This document shows positions 1 through 9,560 of a DNA stretch of 38,676 bases, one piece after another. The stretch is from NCBI GenBank assembly GCA_046538485.1, contig JBKHIT010000049.1:1-38676 (forward strand). The letters run 5' to 3'. The notes below the pieces were generated by a model. The model was not told where the DNA came from and searched no databases. It saw only the letters and a list, made by a program, of their open reading frames with translations. The stretch's first letter is position 1. The number at the start of each line of letters is the position of its first letter. Source of the DNA: Candidatus Brocadiia bacterium. Lineage in GTDB: Bacteria; Planctomycetota; Brocadiia; SM23-32. A program made the position numbers and the translations under genes.

Positions 1-438
1 CCTCTTCAGTACTACGTGCCCTTCCGACTCCCTCCGCGGCCTGACCATGCCCTCATGGGCCATCAGTTCCAGCATCCCGCACTTGGGATGCCTTCACCAC
101 GCAGGGGCTCCCGTGTTGCTACAGGACTCCTCTGATCACATGCCCTCGCCACTACCCCGGTGGAGCCGATGGCTACAGGTCGCTCTCCTCACCATCGCCG
201 GCGGCTTTCCCCGAATTTCAGGCGGGTCAGCCTCCACATTACCCTTTTCGAGGCCTGCTCGGCGTTCACTCGCGTTGGGCCTGCGATCTCGCTGAATCAC
301 CTATGCGATCCTTTTTGCATCGAAGTGCTTCCGTCGTTTCGTTACCTCCACAAACGGCTCCGATTGCTACCGGTTGGAGCAACAGCTACCGGGCAGGTAT
401 TATCTCCTGCTGAAGTCCTGTGCCTTTCCACGGCACAC
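1..438 (-). mobile_element. Group II intron, 5' portion (ribozyme domain I to start of domain III); RT ORF and domains V/VI would lie left of the window
   Basis: Minus strand starts GTGTGCCGTGGAAAGGCAC at 438 (GUGYG 5' consensus). EBS1 UGAAAU (215-220, in the loop of a CCCG/CGGG stem) pairs with the last 6 exon nt AUUUCA (439-444). EBS2 AUGUGG (234-239) pairs with CCGCAU (445-450) with one G-U. The segment ends in GGAGTCGGAAGGGCACGTAGTAC, typical of the domain III start. Confidence 0.9.
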
Positions 439-468
439 TGAAATATGCGGGCTAACCTCGGTTCAATA

Positions 469-3165
469 TCATTCTGAGCTGGTCGCCCCTTCTTTAACCG
501 TACTCTCCGCTGGCTGCTCGCCTTTCGGAATACTCACCCGACCGCTAAGCCTATCCATAATTATTCTGTCGCCTGTCATTATCACTCCCCCTTTGGACAG
601 TTTTGCCGGAGTCCCTATCAGAGTATAAAGGTCCCTTTTCCCGTCGTAATGCAGCTTCTCGCTCCTCGCCTCGATATCTTTTTTTTCATAACTGACCTTT
701 ACACCTCTCGTAGCAACGGCCCGAGATAACTCGGACTCCCCACCTTTACCTTTCTCCGAAAAAAACAACTTCAGAAGGTCAGCCTTAAGAGTTCTTTCCG
801 CATCTCTCACGACCACCTTTTCTTTTGCGATAACCTGGCTCAGCGCCCCCCCAGAGCCGAAAATCGCTTCGGCGGAACTGCTCTGCATAGACCAGGACAT
901 TTCCCCTGCCGACTCAAAATTAATACCGCCTTTGCAGCTGATATGTCGCAGTTCCCGTTTTTCATTAAAATCCATCGATAGCTCGCTGCATTGCAACTGA
1001 GTACCGCCGAACCGGGCGTCAACTTTTCCCTCAAACTTTCCGCCACTCCCGGCAAAATCTCCCATCATTGACTTTTCCCAGGCGATTGTATCGTTTGCTC
1101 CATTTTCGCGGAACAGTTTAAGGATTCCGGCACCCTCTGCAAAGAGCGTATCCTCAAGAGGTTTTCCAATTAATTGTTCGGCGTTTAGTTTCCATCGCCG
1201 CACGCTCTTCGTAACACCATTTCCTTTCTCGCTTTTATCGCCATTTTCAGTTTCTTTTTTTTGTTTCCTCCCCTCTTCCTCTTCACGCACACCCTGTACA
1301 TCCAGTTCGGCATCTCCCGTTGCCAAAATTTTCGCAACTGTCTGCTCATCCCCGAAATCTACCTGGATCCTTAAAGCTGACAATATACGCCCGGGACGAT
1401 GGGCACGGACCTTACCGGAGAACACCGCCACAGGAGGAGAGTTTCTCTGGTATTTCATGCTTTTCGTCCACTCCACACGCAGAAGCTGAGTCGGTTCGGC
1501 TCTTTCATCCGTGTCAGTGCTTTCGGGGAATGCGAGCGAACCAGCAGTTGGACATGTGAAAGAATTTGTTCTCGGGTCGAACACCACTGTATTTGCTGTC
1601 AATCTCTGCGATCCAAAAGCTACGGAAACTGGTTTTTCCTTTTTGCCCTCAAGCCGCACTACCCCGTCGGTTGCTCTCCAGGTAGCGACATCACACGTAA
1701 ACGACCGCTTTTCCTGTTCTACCTGCTGGTCAATGCGCACATCTTCTTCGGCTTTAATTTCTTGAATCGACTTCTGTGCCCCTCCAAACGTCAGGTGCAA
1801 TTTCTGGCAATTGATACCGCTACCGTTCTGTCGCGCCCACACATCCCGCTCAAAATGCGCCACTTCTTTCCCCGCATCATATGTCATTATTTTCTTCCAG
1901 GTCACAGTCACAGGTTTGTCAGGTTTAAGCGGCGTGGCAGAGTTATCATCCCCCTCACCGTTTTCGCCTTCCTCGCTGCCATGCTTTTTGTCGTCTTTTG
2001 GCGTTTTCGGAGCCCAGTTCAGTTGCCCGGCACCCTGCACCTGGAAACGGCTTCTCAAACGGTAGAAGCTCAGCTGCTTTCCTATGATGCGAAAGTTCGG
2101 CGTTCTGAGTTCCCCGGGTTCACCAGTTAACGTACATTCCTGGTAAACGTTTTCCCACACCATCTTGTCCCCCACAGCCGTTTGCCCCGGGAACTCAAAA
2201 ACGACATCCCCATCTGCCACGATTCGCGTGACCTGAAATTTATCTTTTCCATCGCTTTTATCGAGTATGATTGTCAGATGGTTCGTTTTAAGCCTCTTTT
2301 CGCTCGCATCAACATTCACTTTTTCATGGAATTCAACCGTGTGCGTATTGTGATCGTAGGTCATTGCGCCTTCGCCCTCAATGACGACCCTTCGTTCGGC
2401 ATCAGGTTGCTCATCCTCAGACACGGGACTGCTGTCGGCCAAAAAGTCTTCGGACACATTGAGCAGTTCTGCTCTCGCATCGTCAAGTATTTCGACCTTC
2501 TGACTCGTCAGGTCGGCACGCATGCCCAGGCCGGTGATTTTCATAGCGACTTTCTTATTACCCTTTGGTCCCACACGGAACCGGCGCATTGTAATCGGGG
2601 CCTCAGATTTGACCAGACGGTCGCGGGTATTAAAGACGACACGGTCACCCACAACCTCAAAATCAGGTCCAGCAAAACGTACAGAATCGAACAGGCTTAC
2701 CTTGTTTTTCCCCTCATCAAACTCAGCGCGTTTGGCCGTCAGCCGTGCCTCGCCTGCTCCAACATCAACGCTTTCGCCCCCTGACATCTTTTGCAGCATA
2801 CAGACCACAACAGGCGAGGCGATTTTATAAATATTGTCCTTAAAATATTTCGCCTCTTCCCCTTTAATCCGGGTTTCGACTTCATTGCTGTCTTCTCCCC
2901 GGATGTCCCTGTGAAAAGATTCCATTGTCAGCCGAACTTCGTCGTCACTGTCTTTATTCTGATCGCCTTCAGTTTCAGACACAGCGTTTTCCGTCTTGGG
3001 GCCTTTCTCTTCCCGCGTATTATTGCCGTCCTTTACGTCCTCTCCCGGCATTAACACCGACCCCCCTACGATCGAAAAATAGACCATATAGCCCAGGCCT
3101 GTGATCGTCAGCAGAGTCAGAAAAGACTTAAATACACGCTTGAGATTTTTATGTTCCGCAACCAC
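469..3165 (-). CDS. LptC/LptA(OstA)-like beta-jellyroll multidomain LPS transport protein (N-terminal TM, LptC-like domain, about 4 LptA-like modules)
   Basis: 898-aa ORF with TM helix FLTLLTITGLGYMVYFSIV, an LptC-like segment (LTAKRAEFD...VSLFDSVRF...ITGLGMRADL) and four repeats of the F-x-x-[KD]-V...I-x-[AC]-x-x-x-V pattern. Exact start uncertain. Confidence 0.7.
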   Translation of the reverse strand: MVAEHKNLKRVFKSFLTLLTITGLGYMVYFSIVGGSVLMPGEDVKDGNNTREEKGPKTENAVSETEGDQNKDSDDEVRLTMESFHRDIRGEDSNEVETRIKGEEAKYFKDNIYKIASPVVVCMLQKMSGGESVDVGAGEARLTAKRAEFDEGKNKVSLFDSVRFAGPDFEVVGDRVVFNTRDRLVKSEAPITMRRFRVGPKGNKKVAMKITGLGMRADLTSQKVEILDDARAELLNVSEDFLADSSPVSEDEQPDAERRVVIEGEGAMTYDHNTHTVEFHEKVNVDASEKRLKTNHLTIILDKSDGKDKFQVTRIVADGDVVFEFPGQTAVGDKMVWENVYQECTLTGEPGELRTPNFRIIGKQLSFYRLRSRFQVQGAGQLNWAPKTPKDDKKHGSEEGENGEGDDNSATPLKPDKPVTVTWKKIMTYDAGKEVAHFERDVWARQNGSGINCQKLHLTFGGAQKSIQEIKAEEDVRIDQQVEQEKRSFTCDVATWRATDGVVRLEGKKEKPVSVAFGSQRLTANTVVFDPRTNSFTCPTAGSLAFPESTDTDERAEPTQLLRVEWTKSMKYQRNSPPVAVFSGKVRAHRPGRILSALRIQVDFGDEQTVAKILATGDAELDVQGVREEEEGRKQKKETENGDKSEKGNGVTKSVRRWKLNAEQLIGKPLEDTLFAEGAGILKLFRENGANDTIAWEKSMMGDFAGSGGKFEGKVDARFGGTQLQCSELSMDFNEKRELRHISCKGGINFESAGEMSWSMQSSSAEAIFGSGGALSQVIAKEKVVVRDAERTLKADLLKLFFSEKGKGGESELSRAVATRGVKVSYEKKDIEARSEKLHYDGKRDLYTLIGTPAKLSKGGVIMTGDRIIMDRLSGRVSIPKGEQPAESTVKEGATSSE

Positions 3166-3181
3166 TTTTGCTCATTATCTC

Positions 3182-4126
3182 CTACTGATTATCATGGTCG
3201 CTCTTATACACTTTAAGTTTTTGTTCAATCTCGTCTCTTGACGGCAGCGATGGTTCCGCGCCCTCGGTCTCCGTCGCGATTGCGGCCGCACAAACTGCCA
3301 TTTCAGCCGCCTCGAGCAAATCTTTGCCTTCGGCAAGACCGACGGCCAGAACCCCCGTAAAACAGTCGCCGGCTCCGACGGTATCAACCGGATCTGCTTC
3401 GGCGGCTTCAAGGGCAAACTCTTTTTCTGGGGTCCGGGCCAAAACTCCCTCGGATCCCAGAGTAATCAGCACGGCCCCGGGACCGAACTGAAGGAGTTTC
3501 GAAGCCGCATCTTCGGCACCAGCTGTTCCATCCAATCCGCACACACTGCGGGCTTCGCCCAGGTTAGGCGTAACTATATCGACGTTTTCAAGAAGACTCA
3601 TCGAAAGCCCTCCCCTGGGAATCGGAGCCGGATCGAGGATCGTCATTAGCCCGGCCTCTTGTGCTTCCTTCAACGCACATGCGACCGTTTCTATTGGCAG
3701 TTCCAGCTGGGTCAACATAACATCTGTATTTTCAAACACAGCACGGTTTGCAACAATTTCATCCGGAGACAACGTCCAGTTAGCTCCCGGCGCCACACTT
3801 ATTATATTTTCGCCGTTTTCATCCACCATAATCAAGGCTATACCTGTGGCATTCTCTTCACTTACACGGATACTATCCGTATTTATCCCCTCTTTTTGCA
3901 GCCGTTCGATTATCTCGTCTCCAAAAAGATCCTTGCCTACTTTCCCGATCATCGATACTCTGGCTCCGGCGCGAGCAGCAGAAACGGCTTGATTCGCGCC
4001 TTTGCCGCCTCCCGCCGTCACAAATTGTCCTCCACTGATTGTCTCCCCCACGTTTGGCAAACGGTCCGAAATAACGGTCATGTCAGTGTTAGCGCTTCCA
4101 ACAACAAGAATACCTGGCTCTGCCAT
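3182..4126 (-). CDS. rbsK: Ribokinase (PfkB family)
   Basis: VVGSANTD, GGKGANQAV, LTQLE, PNLGEA and DTVGAGDCF motifs; 314 aa. Confidence 0.93.
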   Translation of the reverse strand: MAEPGILVVGSANTDMTVISDRLPNVGETISGGQFVTAGGGKGANQAVSAARAGARVSMIGKVGKDLFGDEIIERLQKEGINTDSIRVSEENATGIALIMVDENGENIISVAPGANWTLSPDEIVANRAVFENTDVMLTQLELPIETVACALKEAQEAGLMTILDPAPIPRGGLSMSLLENVDIVTPNLGEARSVCGLDGTAGAEDAASKLLQFGPGAVLITLGSEGVLARTPEKEFALEAAEADPVDTVGAGDCFTGVLAVGLAEGKDLLEAAEMAVCAAAIATETEGAEPSLPSRDEIEQKLKVYKSDHDNQ

Positions 4127-4151
4127 AATGTATTTTTCCCGTGAACGGTAC

Positions 4152-6875
4152 TTATTTTTTGTTACCCTTTTTGTTTTTCTTTTTTCCGCCCCCGGTTATC
4201 AAACGTACGGGAGCAGTAACCAGATCAAATATCGTCCGCACGGGTTTCCCGAGCGCTTTAAATGATTGGACCTTAAATCTGGGATCGCGGATGCTTCCGC
4301 TGACGTAGATTTTTACCAGTTCCCTCTCCACCGGACGCAGAATGGTCTTCACTGCAGTTCCGATAATTGGAAGGCCTCCTTCCGGTAAAGTGGCGGCAAC
4401 CATATGCAGGTCGATCTCCCCTTTTTCAAAGCCAATATCACCCCGCCCCGTAAGTTCAGTAGAGCCCCCCCACAACCGCAACGCTTTCACTTGCAGCCGC
4501 TGTCTATTGAAAGAGTAAGCCATTTCTGCTTTATCGAACCGGCCCCAGGAGCCCGGTTTGGAAAGATGGAGTATATCAACCAGTCCACCAAAAATCGGGC
4601 CCGTCCAGATTCGACCTTCGGATAGTTCAACGCTTCCATGGCCTTTCAGGTAACTTTCTTCACCGGTTTGGCCTTTCATTTCGACAAGTCCCGATAACCG
4701 CCCTGCAATATCATATTCCTCGTCAGAAAAGCGGTCTGCCAGGACCTTCATATCCACACGCCGAAACTCACCGGCTCCCTCATACTTTATAGCACCACTT
4801 TCATCGACCGCCCTTGCCCGGCCGGAGGCGTCAAACCGGCCTTCTCCAATCACACCCGTTAGAAAGGGTATCATAACCAGCTGCTCGGTTAACACCACAC
4901 GGCCATTAATTGAGGCGAGTTGAAGCGGCATGTGAACCCACCGCGCCGACGCGTCTTTCATCTGAACATCCATGAAATACGAAATTTTGTTCTCGCGATT
5001 GCCATCGTAATTAATATTTCCCGTCACTCCTACGACACCTTTTGGCCTGAGCGTTTTCCACAACCTCTTCCCCAAGTCTGGGACACTCTCAACAAGCTCC
5101 TGGCTGAGAGCAACATTCGCTACAGACACCTCGAATGCACCCGTTTCCCGACTGACATCGAAGGAACCTTTCAGGCTGAAGTAACCTTTCTTGGCCGCTG
5201 GAGATGTCCCGATCCCCGTTGATTCCACTTTGCCCGCGAGAGACACAATTTGAACTTTTCCGCCGTCGATATGAAGGGTCCCTGCCAGATCCTCAACCGG
5301 AAAAGGCAGGAAATCGGGCGCGGCCGTCGCATTATGTATTTTGACTGAGCCCGTCGGCTGCAACCCTGTCCCTGATTCATCGGGTTCTAAAATGAACTCC
5401 GCGTCCACAGCACAATCCGGCTTAAGAATGTCCCAAAACTCGCTGGACTCTCCCAAAATCCATGTTATGTGCTCGGAGCGGGGCCGGAAATTTTGCAACG
5501 CAACTTTCAGTTTTACAGGCCTTCCCTTCGCATCGAATTTACCGTCCAGCTTGACACGCGCATTTACCCGCTGTTGCGGCACAATTCCCTTGACCCTTTC
5601 CAGTCTGATGCCTTCCTCCTCAACGACTGCAACTCCGGTTACTTTTTCGATGGGAAACGGCAAACTCTCGCCTTCCACCGAAACAGTGTCAAGTTGAGCC
5701 CTGGCCGAAAAACGCGTTTTCCCGTCCTTGTGATCTTCCAGCATCAGCTGAAAATCCACTTTACCGGTGGGGTGGAGCCGCCGCCACACCTCTGGCCCGG
5801 CTGAAGGAATCAAACTCACGCTTTTCTCGGTCAACGGCATGCCACGTGATTGTACTTCTACCGAGACATGCTCCGAAGGGTGATTGTAAAAACCGTTGAC
5901 CTTCACAGGGATAAGCTTTGTTCCACCGGACTCATCACCGATATCGTGCGGGTTAATAGTCCCATGCAGATCGGTACACGACACGCGTGTGCCCGCTATG
6001 CGAATCACGCCGGTCACTCCATTGACCGGCACTGGATAATATTTCAGAACGGAGTTCATATCTTGAAGGTCAAGACGTCCAGTAAATTGCGCGCTACTCC
6101 GATCCTTCTGGAAATGGGCTGTCAGCTCCATACTCAATCGTCCCCGAGGCCGAAAGCGATCCTCCAAAATTCCCCCTACAGGGAGAAGATTCAGAACTTC
6201 TTTCGTCGTCTGCAGATCCGTGCACTTCGTTTCCAGCCATAGGCTATTCTCCCGTGCCCACGCTTGAAAATGCATCCCCCGTAGAGGGGCGCGGTTAATC
6301 CACCCTTTGCTCTCCCACAAATCGGGGCTGACCGACAATCGCCTGATGGCAAGACTGATTCCGCGAATTTGTCGCAGTTGACTATCATCAAAGAGCCAAG
6401 GCGAACGAATGGCAACCGATGCGTTTTCTGCTTTGATACCATCACGAAGCCAGAAACGTGGCCGCAGCCAGGTACCAGGTGCGGAAGGACGCAGCATCGC
6501 AGCGAAGTTCCAACCTTTGTCATCCTGCTGCAGAGACAGCTCAGGTTTTACAAGTATCACGCACCGGGGAGCAATCTGGCCCTGAAAAGCCCTCATGCGG
6601 TCGAATCGAACCTCCGCTTTCTCGCACCGAAAAATAGCTTCCTCTTTATTTGGAGGTGGGAATGCCTTCAGATCACGCAACGAAACTTTCATCCTGGGAT
6701 CGACCGATATCTCATCGACGCGCAAATTGCCTTTAAAGTTTTTCTTAAATTCTTCGTAAAATACGTTCTGAAGGTGTTGCGCCGACGTATAGTGAGCCCA
6801 CACTTTGGCAGCTATCCCGATAGTTATAAAAATTCCCCCGAGCAGGATAAATCCTATGTAACCACGCAAGCGCAT
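4152..6875 (-). CDS. AsmA-like (AsmA/YhdP/TamB-type) membrane-anchored beta-rich protein
   Basis: 907 aa with N-terminal TM, AsmA-like start (LVKPELSLQQDDKGWNF), repeated P-x-P-[VI]-x-x-[VL]-x-G beta modules and an AsmA_2-like C-terminus (LTGRGDIGF...IYVSGSIRDPRF). Confidence 0.75.
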   Translation of the reverse strand: MRLRGYIGFILLGGIFITIGIAAKVWAHYTSAQHLQNVFYEEFKKNFKGNLRVDEISVDPRMKVSLRDLKAFPPPNKEEAIFRCEKAEVRFDRMRAFQGQIAPRCVILVKPELSLQQDDKGWNFAAMLRPSAPGTWLRPRFWLRDGIKAENASVAIRSPWLFDDSQLRQIRGISLAIRRLSVSPDLWESKGWINRAPLRGMHFQAWARENSLWLETKCTDLQTTKEVLNLLPVGGILEDRFRPRGRLSMELTAHFQKDRSSAQFTGRLDLQDMNSVLKYYPVPVNGVTGVIRIAGTRVSCTDLHGTINPHDIGDESGGTKLIPVKVNGFYNHPSEHVSVEVQSRGMPLTEKSVSLIPSAGPEVWRRLHPTGKVDFQLMLEDHKDGKTRFSARAQLDTVSVEGESLPFPIEKVTGVAVVEEEGIRLERVKGIVPQQRVNARVKLDGKFDAKGRPVKLKVALQNFRPRSEHITWILGESSEFWDILKPDCAVDAEFILEPDESGTGLQPTGSVKIHNATAAPDFLPFPVEDLAGTLHIDGGKVQIVSLAGKVESTGIGTSPAAKKGYFSLKGSFDVSRETGAFEVSVANVALSQELVESVPDLGKRLWKTLRPKGVVGVTGNINYDGNRENKISYFMDVQMKDASARWVHMPLQLASINGRVVLTEQLVMIPFLTGVIGEGRFDASGRARAVDESGAIKYEGAGEFRRVDMKVLADRFSDEEYDIAGRLSGLVEMKGQTGEESYLKGHGSVELSEGRIWTGPIFGGLVDILHLSKPGSWGRFDKAEMAYSFNRQRLQVKALRLWGGSTELTGRGDIGFEKGEIDLHMVAATLPEGGLPIIGTAVKTILRPVERELVKIYVSGSIRDPRFKVQSFKALGKPVRTIFDLVTAPVRLITGGGKKKNKKGNKK

Positions 6876-6968
6876 TATCTGTTACCCTCCCGAATGATAT
6901 GGTAGTGGTAACGAGCCGCAAAAAGCAACGTTTCCCCCCGGGAATTCTGGAGATTCTGCGTTTCAGTA

Positions 6969-8228
6969 TTATCGGGCATCATCACCGCTGAAAATTTTGA
7001 GAGCACAGTACTCCCCGCACATGGAACACTGATCTCCGCGGTCTTCGGCCGACAAAAGTCGCTGAAACTGGACCGAATCAAGCGCGTGCCTGGCCATCTC
7101 ATCCCAATCCCGACCCGTTCGAGCCTCACTCATTTTCCGGTCCAGTTCCTCTGCCCCGGAAATTCCCTTTGTTATATCTCCGATATGGGCCGCGATTCGT
7201 GTGACAACAACCCCTTCCCGGACATCGCGGGCATCCGGCAGTCCCACGTGCTCTTTGGGGGTCAAATAACACAGAAAATCTGCCCCTGCCGACGCTGCGA
7301 TGGCTCCCCCGATACTTCCAACGATATGATCGTAACCCGGTGCGATATCGGTTGGCAACGGACCCAGCACGTAGAACGGCGCCCCGCCACATATATCTTT
7401 TTCGAGCTGAACGTTCCTCTCGATATCATTCAACGGCACGTGGCCAGGCCCTTCAATCATAACCTGCACTTCGGCTTTCACGGCTCGTTCAGCAAGTTCA
7501 CCCAAAACGTGAAGTTCATGCAGCTGCGCATCATCCGTTGCATCCCCGATGCACCCCGGCCGCAATCCATCGCCGAGGCTAAGTGTCATTCCGTGTTCAC
7601 CCGCAATTCCCAGAATTTCGTCAAAGTTCTCATAAAGGAAACTTTCCTGTCCTTTCGTTTCCATCCACCGAACCATAAACGATCCCCCCCGGCTGACAAC
7701 TCCCATGCCACGCTTCCGGGCAAGCGGGATAGCCTCACGCTGCACACCGGCATGGATCGTCACGAAATCCACACCATTTTCGCCGTGCTCGCGAAGCGTC
7801 CTCATAAAAGATTCCGCCGTCATCTCCGCCACGCCACCGGATTCGATAGCTGCCTGATAAATGGGCACTGTTCCCACAGGAACCGGACAATGCTCTATGA
7901 TCGTGCGCCGCACCGACGTAATATCGCCCCCTGTGCTTAAATCCATTACGGCGTCGGTGCCCGCTTCAAGTGATACATCCAATTTTTGCAGTTCGCTTTC
8001 CACACTTTTGCGGTCGGGCGAAGTGCCAATGTTCGCATTCACTTTCGTATGCAGATTTTCCCCGATTCCTATAGGTTCGAGATTGACATGGTTCGGGTTG
8101 ACCGGGACGACGACTCTGCCTTCTCGAATCAGCTGGCATATCTTTCCAGCGGAAACCGGCTCACGGTCCGCAGCTTTTTCCATCTGGGGTGTCACTTCAC
8201 TTTTGTTTGCAGCTTCCAATTGCGTCAT
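6969..8228 (-). CDS. thiC: Phosphomethylpyrimidine synthase (short, anaerobe-type ThiC)
   Basis: TKVNANIGTS, MDLSTGGD, VSRGGS, SLGDGLRPG, MIEGPGHVP, DIAPGYDHI and C-terminal CSMCGEYC. A Bza paralog cannot be fully excluded. Confidence 0.9.
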   Translation of the reverse strand: MTQLEAANKSEVTPQMEKAADREPVSAGKICQLIREGRVVVPVNPNHVNLEPIGIGENLHTKVNANIGTSPDRKSVESELQKLDVSLEAGTDAVMDLSTGGDITSVRRTIIEHCPVPVGTVPIYQAAIESGGVAEMTAESFMRTLREHGENGVDFVTIHAGVQREAIPLARKRGMGVVSRGGSFMVRWMETKGQESFLYENFDEILGIAGEHGMTLSLGDGLRPGCIGDATDDAQLHELHVLGELAERAVKAEVQVMIEGPGHVPLNDIERNVQLEKDICGGAPFYVLGPLPTDIAPGYDHIVGSIGGAIAASAGADFLCYLTPKEHVGLPDARDVREGVVVTRIAAHIGDITKGISGAEELDRKMSEARTGRDWDEMARHALDSVQFQRLLSAEDRGDQCSMCGEYCALKIFSGDDAR

Positions 8229-8285
8229 TATATTCGCCCATTAACACAGAAAATCTTCATCCTTTTCACGGCCGCGTATCGGTCC

Positions 8286-8948
8286 TCATGGTCTGGGCCC
8301 ATAAATCGCCGTCCCAATCCTGACCATATTCGATCCTTCTTCCACGGCCACTCGATATGAATTCGACATTCCCATTGAAAGAGTCTTCAACTCAACGTTC
8401 CGCCAGTCCCCCGTCTGCATCTCGTCAAATAAACCCTTCAAACGTTGCAGATACGGCCGCGCTTTCTCGGGGTCGTCAAAATACGGTTCCATCCCCATCA
8501 AACCTCCCACACGAAGCATTTCACATTCGCTGATCTCCTCGAAAAACGAGCTTAACTCTTCGGGAGGAACACCATATTTACTTTCTTCACCGGCGATATT
8601 AACTTCGACAAAAACCCGGATCGGTTCGTCTACTCTTTTGTTGATGCCGCGCGCCAGACGTGGAGAATCCACAGACTGAATAACATCAAAAACGGGCAAC
8701 GCTTTATTGATTTTGTTGCGCTGAAGGTGCCCGATCATATGCCATTCGACCTGCTCGGCCCTGGCACCAAGTTCAGAGATCACCCTTTCCGCTTCTTGAA
8801 CATAGTTTTCCCCCACCATCTTCACACCGGCGCCAATACTTTCCGCAATTTCATCGGCCGAACGCGTTTTAGCAGCCGCAATTATATCGACATTTTCCGG
8901 CAATTCTTCACGAATAGCAGCATATTTCTCAGCGATTTCTGATGCCAT
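8286..8948 (-). CDS. yggS: YggS-family pyridoxal phosphate homeostasis protein
   Basis: AAAKT, GENYVQE, WHMIGHLQRNK, LSMGMS and VRIGTAIYG motifs. Confidence 0.95.
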   Translation of the reverse strand: MASEIAEKYAAIREELPENVDIIAAAKTRSADEIAESIGAGVKMVGENYVQEAERVISELGARAEQVEWHMIGHLQRNKINKALPVFDVIQSVDSPRLARGINKRVDEPIRVFVEVNIAGEESKYGVPPEELSSFFEEISECEMLRVGGLMGMEPYFDDPEKARPYLQRLKGLFDEMQTGDWRNVELKTLSMGMSNSYRVAVEEGSNMVRIGTAIYGPRP

Positions 8949-8960
8949 GACTTCCGATCC

Positions 8961-9206
8961 TTACACTTCCTGTTCATAACCGCCGTCGGATGTCTTGCGG
9001 AGCTTATGAAAACCATGCTCCTGCAAGTTCCTGTTCGACAGAATGTCGCCTTTCCCAGCATGGAATGCGGCCGGTACTCGGGTCACATCTGCCCCACACT
9101 TCGGGCACTGCTCCACGGGATCTTCATTGATCTCCTGGAGCCTTTCAAAACCGTCTCCACAAAAATCGCATCCGTCTTCTTCAGTCTGGTAGACGTATGT
9201 TGGCAC
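8961..9206 (-). CDS. FmdB-family zinc-ribbon protein
   Basis: MPTYVY...CDFC...FERLQ...CPKCG; 81 aa. Confidence 0.85.
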   Translation of the reverse strand: MPTYVYQTEEDGCDFCGDGFERLQEINEDPVEQCPKCGADVTRVPAAFHAGKGDILSNRNLQEHGFHKLRKTSDGGYEQEV

Positions 9207-9218
9207 GATTTATCTCAC

Positions 9219-9560
9219 TTACAGATACCGGACAAAACTGTTGTTGTCATCAACCAGAATGTTCTGAGGCTCAATCGGTTCGTCGCTCAACTCGAATCCC
9301 ATGATAATGACTTCATCGTCCGGGTGTATACGATGTGCGGCGGCCCCATTCATCTCAATCCGGCCCGAGCCCGCCTCCGCAAGAATCACATAGGTTTCCA
9401 CCCGTTCGCCATTGGTGTTGTCAACAACCAGAACTTTCTCGCCGGCCATCATGCCGCTTTTTTCAACCAATTCCGAATCTATCGTAATGCTGCCGATATA
9501 TTCGACATTCGCATCAGTAACCGTCGCGTTGTGTATTTTTGATCTCAGTATCCAGCGCAT
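9219..9560 (-). CDS. panD: Aspartate 1-decarboxylase
   Basis: SKIHNATVT, YIG|SITID self-cleavage site, NGERVETY and NGAAAH. Confidence 0.95.
   Translation of the reverse strand: MRWILRSKIHNATVTDANVEYIGSITIDSELVEKSGMMAGEKVLVVDNTNGERVETYVILAEAGSGRIEMNGAAAHRIHPDDEVIIMGFELSDEPIEPQNILVDDNNSFVRYL

Noticed and set aside
47..441. Plus-strand ORFs 47..295 and 160..441
   Set aside because: They are antisense to group II intron RNA domains and show no protein motifs.
8229..8285. TPP riboswitch expected upstream of thiC
   Set aside because: The gap is only 57 nt and lacks the CUGAGA core and flanking stems.
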